Below are positions 25,058 to 38,200 of a stretch of 64,000 bases of DNA, one piece after another. The notes beneath the pieces were generated by a model that was given only the letters and a program-made list of their open reading frames with translations, made no database searches and had not been told where the DNA came from. The position numbers and the translations under genes are program-made. Positions within the stretch are counted from its first letter, which is position 1, and each line of letters begins with the position of its first letter. The stretch comes from Diadema antillarum (taxonomy: Eukaryota). Location of the stretch: assembly GCF_040938485.1 (NCBI RefSeq), contig NW_027272729.1:1-64000 (forward strand). The letters run 5' to 3'.

Positions 25058-26229
25058 GTAAGTAATGTTTCGAAACTACGAGAGATCAGTGCTTTGCCGT
25101 AAAGTGAGTACTTTGAGCGAGTGTATGCTACATCATGTGTCGGAATTTTCGTAAAGAGTGAGGTTTTTAATGCACGTGGATATTGCAGAATTAAATATTT
25201 TGAAGACCTTACACCGTGAAAGATATGACTGTTTACATGAATATGAATATGTGGGAACGTGTAAAACGTGCAGTGTCTTCAGGGTCTCGTGTTCATGTGT
25301 AATCTCCTTTTGACCTTGGGACCTTGTCAATGTAGAAAATATAGCCGTAGCCTAATTTGTGATGTTTGATAACGAAAATATTCACACCTGTACGCAACAC
25401 CGCACATGTTGAGTTAGAGGCTCAAGAGCTGGTTAGCATATAGACTGTTGTTATCTTGTCAGGGGGCCGGGCGCGGGCGGGGTGCTTTTGCCCTTTCTGT
25501 GACATGAGAACAAATCGTGTGATGTGATGAGCTCAGCCCATCAAGCTCTGCCTCTAGTCTAGCCTTAACGTTAGTAACAATAAGATGAAAAAATAAGTGC
25601 AACTTCCTCCTTCTTGCTAGCAAACAGAACATACCGGTATTCTGTAAGCTGAGTTGAGAATTTCTCAAACACTAGTCTAGTGTTGATGTGAAATTGTAGG
25701 CATTTTTTTCCTTAGTCCAGAAAATGTGTTTTTCTACCTCTTGCAAATTGGTTCCATTTGCATATCTGATGATAAACAGTATTTTTTTTTTTTTTAAATT
25801 TAGGTCTATGACTTGCTCAGGTTATTGATCAGTGTAATTTACCTCTTAACACACCTGGTTAACATACCTGATTCTGCCTCTTGAGACTCTCTCTATTCAA
25901 AGGATAATATAACTGTCTGTGACGTGAATGATAAAGTGCAACTTCTCTAGCCTGAAGTGAACAGATCTAGCCAATACACTTGTTTAAAAAAAGTATTTTT
26001 AATGTCACAAGTTCAGTTCTGTAATTCAGCCACTCAGACTACAAAGTACAGAGCAAATTTCCTTTTTTTTTTTCTTTTTTTTTAAAAACATAAATCCCGT
26101 TTGTGATTGAGGGTTCATAGTAACCAAGGAAATGCCAAAGGTCAAGATCCTTATATTCTTTCTGTGGGAGAAATCTCATGATAACCTGTGCCTCATCATG
26201 ACCAATCAAAATTTCCTGACAGCGCAGTC

Positions 26230-29200
26230 ATGGCATCCATTGGTAAGTTCTTCAACAACGTCCTGATTGTACTCTTCCTGGGCTACCTGTGCAACGTCAT
26301 CTATACCTCATACCAGCTCTTCAATCCACCCCAGTGTGACATTGCCAAGGAAGGGAAGAGCAAGTGCCTCAGCAGATATGAAAACAAAAAGTTAAAGTCA
26401 CAACTACAGGTAACATTTATGAGCCATCTTATGTTGCTATAAAAATTCAGTTATGTCAGCAAGTTGTGTTGTTGTGGTCAGCAAGCTATGTTGCTATAAA
26501 AATAAGTAATGTCAGTTTTTCTTGTTTTCTTCTTCTTCTTCCATGCCCAGGAATTGAATTTACCCCAGTAAATCTCATTTGCAAGTTATATATTTTAAAG
26601 TCTGTACCGTTTATTTCCTATATGATATTCATAGACTTATTTTAGTTTGTACACATTTGGTTTCCCATTATCATGATTGTATGAAATTTATTCCATTATC
26701 TCAAAATTTGAGAAGTCTCTACACTAGCAAGTATGCCCTGCAGTTAAAACATAATTTTTTTTTTTTTGGTCAATATCTTTATTCTCAAAATGTGCAGCTG
26801 TTAAAAAAGGCTTTTTGAAACTGAAGGGTATTGATAACTCAGTGTATTTTGTAGTGTAGAAAAATACAGAACAGCAGTGGCAACACCACAGTGCCAGGGG
26901 TTTTATCATTCATTTCTAAAATGGAGTTATGGCCCTGCCACAGCCACTTCATATACAGGGCAGGTGCTTTCTAGATGTAATTGACCCACATTACCCAATA
27001 CAGGAAATGATTGTTTTACAGCGTAATTGAAGTGATGCGAAGTTGAAATGGCAAATGCAAAGACACTCAGGAGGTGCTTCCTCTGTGAAAGTCACTATGA
27101 AGACAGAAGTTGGCCTTTAGTAGTCTCATGTCAGTGATTATGTTGTGGACAATATATTGTTGGAATCAAACAGTAACTACTAACCACAGTTGGGGTTCTG
27201 TATGCATGACATGTTGAGTATGTAACAGGCATTTACAATCAAAATATATTAACTATGCACTTTTATTGCATCTTCCATCACATTTTTCATCATGCCCTTA
27301 AAAATTCCACCTCTTACTATCGATATTTTGACCAGCTCAGAGTTTATACGTCGCTAAGCTCCGCGAGCCCTCCCAAGCTGAAGCAGCAGGACGAAATTCT
27401 TCATGTAAGCAGACTGAATACCACTGTAGAGACATCCTGGTAAGTGAGTCTCCATAACTTGTGACGTTAAAATGTACATGAAGAAGACTGGAGACAAAAA
27501 TGTCCCCAAGTGATTTAACCATATGACTCTTGGGACACAGATAAGTATATGAAGAGTTTGTTCGCAAAAACCGATAAGTATGGTCTCTGTCATAAAGTAC
27601 AAAATAGTACCTTTTAAATGATATGTTGGTCACTACATATAAAGGTATATTTTTGAAGTTATGGTCAAAAGAAGCAAACATTTTCTTATTATTCTCTTTA
27701 TTTTTCTTGACCTTTAATCGCAAATATCTCCATTCGGCAAATATGGAAGTATCGGTTTTTGCAAACAAACTCTTCATATATATGTGTGTATGTATAGATG
27801 ACAATGGCCCAAGAAAAGAAGATGAAACAACTTAAACAAAGAAGTCCATCTAAGCAACCTACCATATTGTACACAGCGATGTCGTTTTTATTCCACTTGC
27901 CCAAATATGGGCAATCATAAATCATAAAACTGGTGAAATATAGATGCTATGATCCTGAAGATGTTTGTCATATCAGTGATGTGTATATTGCCCTAACGTA
28001 AAATTAAATGATACTGATGGAAATATCTTCCTCTTTCTGCCATTCATAACAGAGGGCACACTCTTCTTGTGCAAAGTTGCCAATGTTGTATCCTGTTTTT
28101 CATGTTATCTTGCTTTAAATGTCCCAAGAAAATAGAGTACAGGGCCCAGCTGTATTTAATATGATTGTCGTAACTGATTTTTTTTTTCTCTCCCAATACA
28201 GAGAATCTTCTCTCCTCTGTCCCCCACCCCCATATGAATTTGCCAGAAAGGAACTCTCTCTGTCCATTTCTTCTGATTTAGAATGCTGATGTTTATAATT
28301 GTAATATCTATGAATGCTGTCTTTCCTTTTCTATTTCCCCCCTCTCTCTTCCAGGACAGTCAATGTGTCCCTACCCGCCAAAACTTGCCGGAATGGAAGC
28401 CTGTTTATCCACGCCTTCCTGCAGGCCTCTGGCTCCAACAAGCTTGAGCCTGACATGGCGTCCCATCGGACCTGGAGCCTTACCAAGTATTCTCTGCCCA
28501 GAATGGAGACCTTTAATTTGCTGAGTGAGGACGAGGCTGAGGTGCGTGTGCTTGCGAGGTTTTTCTCATTCTAAAGCAGGGGAATTTGATGAGTCATAGC
28601 AAATTGAAGCCTGTGGTGCTTACGTAATTCTGTGTGTTCTTGTTTGTGTGAACATTGCCTGTCAAAGTAGTGTAACGTTATGTTATTTACATGCATGACA
28701 CTAACGGTGGCCCGGTGGCCCGGGGCCACCAAATTTAAAAAAAGGGCAAATTTGGTGGCCAGCCTTGTTCTCAGGTAAGATTCTGCTGAAATGCATGGAA
28801 GGTGAACTTGCGATACTCAGGTGAGTGCGAGACCCCCGGGTCTCTTGTCTGTTTAGATTTGGTTATACATTGAAAACCCACATAATGAATATGCTTCATG
28901 GCTGTTGTGATATTTCATGTTATACTTGAGACAATGAATTTAATAGTTCAGATTTTTTTTTTCTTTTAATAGTTCGGTTGGATTTTACCAGTACTCATTC
29001 AAAGTTTATTGCCCCAAGATATCATCACCATTAAGTGTTGTGTGTGTTGCAGTACCCACTTAAAGTTTAATGCTTATGTATACTGGTACTGCATACAAGT
29101 TTATGGCTACAATGCAGCAAAATTTAGCCATCAACCATTTTGGGATTCTTTTACATGTGATTTTAAAGGCACTGCTTACAGTTGGGAGCAGTGACTTAAA

Positions 29201-32200
29201 GAATGTTTGAGATATCACATTTGATGAATATATATGGTCATTTGTGTCAGAAAACATCCTACCATGTCAAAATTTTGCAATAAAGCCCAAAATGTAAGGA
29301 AATATCAGTATATTTCTCAGTATAAAGGCAAAACTATAGACAGTTTAATGTAGAAACATTTTTATTATAACTATTTTTCACTCTTTGTATATTTAACATT
29401 CATTATGTTGATTCAAATGTTTACATGGGTTGTTTCTATCCCTAACTAACATTTTAGAACTACACAACTGTATTTCGAAGCACTAAAGCTGGGTTTTTGT
29501 TTCATCTGCAAATGGTAAATAATGCCAATAACACTGACTCTTTAACTATTGATTTTGTATATGTTTGCATTCTGAGCTTCACAGAAAGAAAATATGATTT
29601 AATTTTCACTGACTACCATCATTTACATTTTTATCACACTTTGTGATATTTTCAGAAGGGTACATCCAGTGGAAAATCAGAAATTCCTGTCGCACACTGG
29701 AAGTCTAAAATTTACCTGAGGAGTGTCGTCGAGCCAGTAACGTTTCATCGGATGGAGATTCCAGCCGATGTTTACAGATTCTTGAAGTGAGTCCACACTA
29801 CACTTGCATTTTTTGCTCACTTATTTTTCACTTTGACACAGTTTTGCGCTGGTTGTATAAAATTCTGACAGCTCTATTCTGAACTCTTCAAATCTGATGA
29901 GAAGAATCGCAAGCAACCAACTGCTCTAAGTTTTCACAGCAGCGAATTGATGACATCATACAATGTTCAGTTAAGAAATGAGTTTTGATTAACGGCCAGA
30001 TATGTCTCGCTCATTGTTTCATTTTTTTTTCTTCTATGCTTATTATCTTATGTTTCATGTCAACTTGTGAGGAACAAATATTTTCATTGTAATTTTTTAT
30101 ATTAAAGTCATAGACCATTTATTGAGGAAACAAATTTTTGTGTCCTATGTATCACTATATCCACACGCACAGACTGTCTCCTCAGAATGATTACCTGCCA
30201 ATTCTGTATGTGCACAAGCTATCGGAGAAAGCAAAAGATCTACAGGTATGTTGTATGTCTTTTCTATGTGATCCTCCATCATACAAACCTATCAATCAGT
30301 ATATGAATTCACATTTGCATAAATATCAGAAATAAGATTTGACTAGAGGACTGAATTTTGGACATTGCTGTGTTTCAGTGGCAGGGTCTTTGGATGAAGA
30401 TATAATATGTGATATATCAAGAATGATGTGAAGGAATTAGTCAGATTGAAAGGTCTGTAAGTTGTCTGGAAAAATACTGTTCCAGATTGTCTTCTGCCCT
30501 CTTTCTTTGTAGGTGGTATTTATTTATCTATTCTGTATACACTGTCTGACGCATAATCTGAATAATTAATGAGTGCATATGGTAGTGTCAGTTGTGATGT
30601 TTGTGGTGATTGAAAGGTTGATATTAGTCCTTTGGCATACAGTGCTGGTTACAATGATGAAGCTCTAATGGTTCAATTGAGAGTTTATGATTGGAGGCTG
30701 CTTTTAAAACATGGTTTGTTTCTTTCTTTTAATGAATTGTGCATGATATGAGTACTGTGATGTAATGAGCAAGGCTGTGGACTTTAAACTGGAGATCTGA
30801 GGTAAAATTCCTACCAGGTGGTTATGTCTGCAAACAAGCTGCATCAAGCACCGTGTCCATCTTTACCGAGGTGTAGAAATACAAGGATAATGATAATTGC
30901 AGCTGACATCAAAGAGACTTCTCTGGAAAGCTGGAGACCAAATGCTTTATTATCTGCTATGTTTCATCATCATTATCATCATCACCATCAACTCCATCAT
31001 CACCATCATCAAGATCATGAATCATCACCATCATCATCACCATCATCATCATCATCACCATCACCACTATCATCATCATTGTCATTAATATCAGTATTAT
31101 CAATGCTGCTTCTTTTATCATTACCGTTTTTATCACTATCATTTAGAATCTATTTCAAATGACCTCTTTTGACCCCCATCAGCCCATCAATGGAAGCTGC
31201 GAGAAGAAAGAGCTGACCATACATTACGCCCCCTTCTCCATCGGGCAGCTGAGGCTCTTCAGTAATCTGGAGCAGAGCACCCAAATGATGCGAGACCTTG
31301 GTATGAATTCACCTTTCCACAGATCATTCCTTACAACTCATCATATAGCTCCTATGTTCATACTTTTTTTTTCGTGTAAAATCTGAGCTCCTCAATTAAA
31401 CAGCCACCCCATATGTGACTTGTCACCAAAAAAGCTAGATAAAAGTTGCAGAAAATCAGTGCTCTAACTGTGGTATCTTTAATCTCTCTTCAGACCCAAA
31501 GTATTTCCCTGACATGTAACTCACCTCATTTTATTTCCCCAAGTCCACTGCAGACACAGTTGGGCAGCAACCCATTAGTGCTAAAAAAAAAACCCATAGT
31601 TTTGAAAGTTAGTTGCATTTAAGCTTGTATGTAGAATGTGTGGTATGTACCTTTAGCTAAATTTGAAGCACTTGAGTAGCATGCTTCTGATGAAAACTGA
31701 AAGTTTCAAATATCAAAACATTCTTTAATGAGTACTTGCAAATTCCTACCAAAGGTAGTAAAGTTTGACTTTTGAGCAAAAGTCAAATTTCATAATTCTC
31801 AGCCAAATCACCGCACTTTCTCAGCTTCTATGGCAGATTACTGTTAGGGACAGGTCACATACAAAATCTTACCCCTTATCAGTTTTGCCTTGTAGACTTG
31901 GATGAATAAAGTAAATGTCTGACCACCATTCCTCTTTGATAGGGACAATAAACCTCTCTTCGAGGCTTCAGGAGCTATGCATTTATTGTCCAGTGAAAAG
32001 GGTATATTTGAAAAAAATTCAGTGTGCACTTCCAAGTTTATAGACTATCTGTGGCAGTTTGTGTTGGCTGCATGCCAGTTGGTTTGATGTGTTGTCAATG
32101 TGAGGATCAGCATTGTAGAGGACTGATCTACTGTTGTCATTTCATGGTTTTCATATGAATTGGAACAATGACTGAAACTTAGCTGACAGCAGTAAAAGAT

Positions 32201-35200
32201 GCTCTGACAATATTGTTGTATTAAATGATTTGTAAGTTTTGTATGAATGTCTTTACATACTGTATATGCCGAATATTTCGCGAAGTTTTTAGTTTTCGTG
32301 AATTTTGCAAGTCAGGTGCTATTTGCAAAATTGAAGACACTTGAAAATATTGACTCTGACGTGATCCCGATGTGAACGTGATGTATGTGTGTACACTTCT
32401 CCGTGCAGTACAGGACTCCATGATCGCAAATTTAACCACTCGCGAAATCATTGGAATTCCTGATTCACGAAAATTTAGACTCGCGAACTATATGGTGTAT
32501 GCAGTAATCAAGAAGCGCTTTCTTTGGGTTCACTGCACATTTGGGTTAAAAACTGCTCTCTGTCTGACATTACCCGATTATGTGGAGTCAACTGTACTTG
32601 TTTTGAATGCTCTGCAATTCCTTCCTATGCATTTTTGTCTTACCTCTACCCTGGTTCCTGATGTAGGATTTCACGATAAAGACATTGAGGAAGTGATGGG
32701 AATCTTCACAGACATTAGCTTGCTGATGCTGGGAGCAACTCTCTTTGTGTCATTTTTCCATGTGAGTATGATATGTGTACTCCCGTGCCTTGGAGATTTC
32801 GTCGCTACCCACAGGTTTAGCATGTGGCACGCTTAGTTCCCATAAACTCTGGGTTGATACCATAATGCTGTATTTGTCTTCATCCTATCTGTGCAAGGGA
32901 CTTTGGACAGTCTGCACAATGCTAAAGGTTTTTTTTTTTTTGTGCCAGTCAGCACTCAAAGCACACAAAGAGTTAGGCTGCATTTTCTCTTTCAACGATT
33001 GTTAACTTTAATACTGTAAAACACAATATTTTCGCATTTCGCGGCATTAAATTTTCCCGAATTGGAGTTGACAGCCATTTTCGCAGCATGAAATTTTTGC
33101 AAGTTGCATCTAACATTCAATGCGTATAGTGTAGACAAGAACTTTCACGTGCATTTTAATTTTGTGAATCTTAACTCTCACGAAATTCTCAAAATTCATG
33201 AAATTAACATGCACGCGAACATTCCTCGTTTTACAGTACGCTTGCAATTTTTCTACACTAATCATATCGTATGCTGAGAGAAAAGTTTGATGGCCCTGCA
33301 AAGTTTGTCACTTCTAATTGCTCTTTTTTTTTCTCAATTTGCAGCTTCTCTTTGACTTCCTGGCATTCAAGAACGACATTTCCTACTGGCAGAAGAGAAA
33401 CTCTATGGTTGGCTTGGCAATTTCAACTGGTACATGCCTGTAGGCCTACTATGGTCTCGGTAGAACCTTACCAGCAATACTGACTTTTCATGTCCTCTTG
33501 TTGGCTGTTCTATTTTGAATAAGCCTTGTTGATTTTGTGAGCGTGAAACAGAGAAAGAGAGGGAAAGTCTAACCCGATATTTCTAGCCAAGGAGTTATGT
33601 GTTCTTGTACTCCTACATATTGATGCAGTCAGACTGGCATACTTTTTATGCCTCCGCCAACGAAGTGGCATTATGTTTTCGGGTCGTCCGTCCGTCCGTC
33701 CGTCCGTCCGTCCCGTTTTGTTTTTGTCGATATCTCAAGAACCGTGAGGTGGTTTTGCATCAAACTTGGTATGAGGGTATATCCTGGGGGGATAATACTT
33801 TGTTTGGATTTTAGGGTCGTGGGGTCAAAGGTCAAAGGTCACAGGTTATTTTGTGAAAAAAAGGTTGAAATTTCATGTTTTTCTCCATATCTCGCAAATG
33901 GTTTAAGGTATCTTCATGGAACTTAGTATATATGCATGTACCAATGGGCAGTGATTATCTAGGGAAGTTTTGGGTCATGGGTCAAAGGTCAGGGGGTCAA
34001 AGGTCAAGGTCAACTCCTCAAAATATCACTACTTTCCTTATGTTTATGTAATGCCTGAAGGATTTTTTTTTTTTAAACTTGATGTATGCATGTATAACCC
34101 AATTTATATTCTGTGGGAAGTTTCTTGCCAAAAGGTCAAAGGTCAAAAGTCAAAGGTCAAGTGAAAGTGCTAAACTGCACTTCTTCCTCCATATCCTAAA
34201 AGTAACTCAAGGTATTGTCATGAAACTTACATATTTATGCATGTTCTACCTAACAGTGATTCTCTTTGGAACTGTGAGGTCAAAGGTCAAAGGCCAGGTT
34301 TAGATAATACTATTTTACCATTTGATACTGAAATTATACTTTTTCTCAATACCTTGAAAATTACTCAATGCATAAACTTATAAAAGGGTCAAAAGTCAAG
34401 TAAAAATCATCAGTTCCCCCAAATACCTGCACTCTGACGTTTTAATCATTCATCCAATTGAACCTAGTTCTAGGAAAGTGAACATTCAGCACATTTGTGG
34501 CAAACCTGTCATTTTAATATTTTGCCAATTGTGTGAAACTGTCATCACACATTGTCAAGACATTGTACTATAGACCTATTAGGAGAACCATGCATTATGG
34601 CGGAGGCATACACCAGTCGCCGTAGCGACATTTCTAGTTTTATTTTAAGACTGTATTTGCTTCCCCCGCCTCAAAATCATAAAGTTAGAATTTCCCAGTT
34701 TGTCAGGCATAGCATTGTGTTTGTAAATGTGAGTCTGTCTGACACTCAAATTTTAGATGCTCCAGGTCATCTCGGCAACCACGTCCTATTGAATCCAAGC
34801 CTAAAAATATGTAGGAAATTTTAAACTGTCATGGTTGCCTTTCCAGTCATGTGATGTGTGAGCTAACTTATCTTGTCATACTTTTGTGTCTGCTGGGTAG
34901 GATAATTTTGCATACTTTTAATTCTGTGGAACCAGAATATGAAATGATATCACATATGCAAAATGTTTGTGGGCTTTTATTCATGCAGTTCATGCTAGTT
35001 TCATGTTGCACCAAATGTGCAAAAATTTCCACACCTCCAAAATGTCCACTTCTACAGTACCGCGTGGAGAAAGAAGCCTGTCTGCGGATGTTAGCGCCTT
35101 GCAAATCACATACAAGTGTCGCAATCAAGCCTGAAGGAACATTTGCAAATTTTGAGTCGCTTTTCTGTATCTTTTCAGTGACATGGCGATGTGTGAGCCA

Positions 35201-38200
35201 GCTGATCATCTTCCTATATCTCATGGAGGAAGACACCAGCCTGTTGGTACTAGTGCCTTGTGGGATAGGTGCAATTATTGAGGTGAGGAGGAAGCAGCAT
35301 TGAAACACATGAATCTCTCTTTGCCATATATGAAGCTGTTTGTATGATGCTACAGCTTTTTGACCAGCAGCCCAACTCTCTACAATCTCCAGCAATATGT
35401 TTCTTTCTTTTTTTTCAATCCTTCCAGTCATTGTATTCTTCAATTATAACCATGAAACAGATTCTCTTCTCCTCATCCGCTGTTGAGTTGAATTGCGTTG
35501 AAATTTCTTGGAAAATGAAAATACTGTTCGTGCGGATATTTTCTTGTAAAGATATTTTTGCAAATGGCACTTGGCTGATAGGATATTTTTGTGTTCTTGA
35601 TTTATTGAATTTGTGTTTTGTGGTCAAGATAATTGTAAAAAAAAGAGCAAAAGACAAAACTTCAGAAGAAAGTGTGACTTTTCAAACAAATAGTTTTGTC
35701 CAAACATTGCTTGAAACTAGTACTGCTAGTATTTAGACTATACCAGGGAATGCTATTGGTATGTCTGTAGCATCTGGGCTCAATAGTTGCTGGATATTGC
35801 AATGCTAAGTGTGCTCAACTGGCCGGAGACAGTGTATGCAGGGCAAATTTGATGTTTTCATTTGCCAATATTTTTGTGAATTGTTATTTTTGCAATTGAG
35901 AGCTTATTCGCAAAATTTGCAAAAATGAAACCACTGCGAAAATGTCAGCATATGCAGTAATCTGTTTCTGTGATGTACATTGCCCTGTGTAATTTCATAC
36001 TGCAGCTGATTGATCCATATTTCTGTGTGAGTGCAGTGAGTTAGTAGTGACAGCTGTGCTGGAGAGAGATTAACAAGGTGATCCGTTCTGTCGATCCGTC
36101 CACACATCCTGCAGGTCTGGAAGGTGAAGAAAGCTTTTAAATTCAGCATCTCGTTCGAGGGGTGGAAGCCCGTTGTTTCGTTCGGCTCCTCAAGTGATTC
36201 GGAGAGAGCCACAGCAGAGCTTGATTCCACAGCCATGAAGTATATGTCGTATGGTCTCTACCCCCTGTGTGCACTGGGTGCAATCTATTCTCTCATCTAT
36301 GTGCCTCACAAAAGGTGGGTTGATGTCTGTGTGTATCTCTTTACGCTTTTTCCAGGTTCATGGCGAGATTTTTGACCGCACATCATTATTGCTCTGTTTC
36401 TGCTGTATATCCAAGAGGGACTTTAATATTTGACTAACGTATGGCTGTAGAATACAGAGGCTGTAGAATCCTTACAATTGTCACTTTCAACTCGCACAGC
36501 ATTTAAAGAGAGATGAAACTTATCTATGCAGTGACTGCAATTATTGCCATGTTTAAAGGGGATGGCTAGTAACCGATCAGTGGGAATCAGTGGGAATGCT
36601 GAGGGATTATTGTTCCAATCCTTGTGGATTCATCTAAGAGTACATTATATATATCTATTGTTGTGTGAAAACTATATGTTTACTTAATGCCCCGTCACTG
36701 TACAGGCATGCTAACCTGGAAACATTGAACTGCACATTACTTGAATATGAGACCATTCTGAAGCAAATAATTTTCACACAACAATAGATATATAATGTAC
36801 TCTTAAATTAATCCCACAAGGATTGGAACAATCATTCCCCAGCATTCCCACTGATTCCCTCTGATCAGGTACTAGCCATCCCCTTAAATTACTTTGACCG
36901 TGGTTTTCCTGTAGTCGAAAAGATGTGAATGAAGCGTTCCTTTTAAATGTGTCAAGCACATTGGAAGTTTTTAACGCTCAGTTGTATGTTCTCTTTGTAA
37001 AGATCTGAATTTATATTTCATGAATTCGTTATCATCTTAATTGACATGAAATTCATAATTTTAATTTATTGCATCATGAACTAGATCCTCCTCATTCAAA
37101 TTCATGAAATTGGTCGAGTATGCATGCCCATGATTCAATCCAGTGCTAATTTACGTCAATGTAGAGCAATTTGTCAATCAGTTGCATTAGATCCTCTTCA
37201 TGTTAGTACCTTTAGGAAGCATTAAACATTTATGAAAAGTAATGGGAATGATCTTTTAAATTATTGTACACACACACACACACACACACACACGCAAAAT
37301 AAAACCCAAAACAAGACTGGTAGGACCTTGTACATGTTTGATGAGGGGATAGGAGTGAAGAATTTTCAACTCACTGGTTCCTGAATTTTTCTTTAGTTAT
37401 TTGTTTATTTGTGTTTCTTCCATTTCAGCTGGTATTCATGGCTTATAAAAAGTTTGGTGAACGGGGTCTATGCCTTTGGATTTGTGTTCATGTTACCTCA
37501 ACTTTTTGTAAACTACAAGGTAAGTCATTGCATTTATTGATGAGGTCAGTTTGTGCTTACATACCAAATATATTACTCGTTTACTACATGTTTCGGACTA
37601 ATTGCCAAGTGTTAACAAATACCTGGCTGATCAAAATTTGTTTCCGTTTGAATGACAAATATTATTCTAGTGGAATAAATGCTGTTATAGTAGTGTATAT
37701 GCCATTTGATATTAAACACAATCAGCCTAACTGCCTAGGTGTATTTGGAACTATAATGATTCTGAAAGGGGTAGGAACATTACCTTGGATTACCAGGGTG
37801 GTCCTCAACTTGAAATTTTAGCATGTTGCAAGCTCAGAATCTGAGAATATTGCAGAAATTGAATATGCGCGGAGCGTACACGATGAGTACATACTGTAGT
37901 ACGCAATATTTTGCTGCTTATCTCTCTTTGTGCTGCTTACATTTAATGTTCTCTCTCATGTTTTGCACACAAATATCTAAAGTACCTGGTAGTTTGATGT
38001 TTCTTATGTTATACACATGTTTTGCACATTTTTGAATACTTTTACTTTGAGCTTGTTGCAAATTCTTGAGGATGTTGCATAGCATGTTGCTGGCTTTTTA
38101 GGATGTTGCACAAGAATTTTAGCATGTTGCAGCGACATGCGAAAACCCCTCGTGGACCACCCTGGATTACTGAATAGTGTTACCTGTATACTCTAGAGAG

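Noticed and set aside
30818-31162. Poly-His, poly-Ser and poly-Met ORFs
   Set aside because: These are translations of a (CAT)n microsatellite in an intron.
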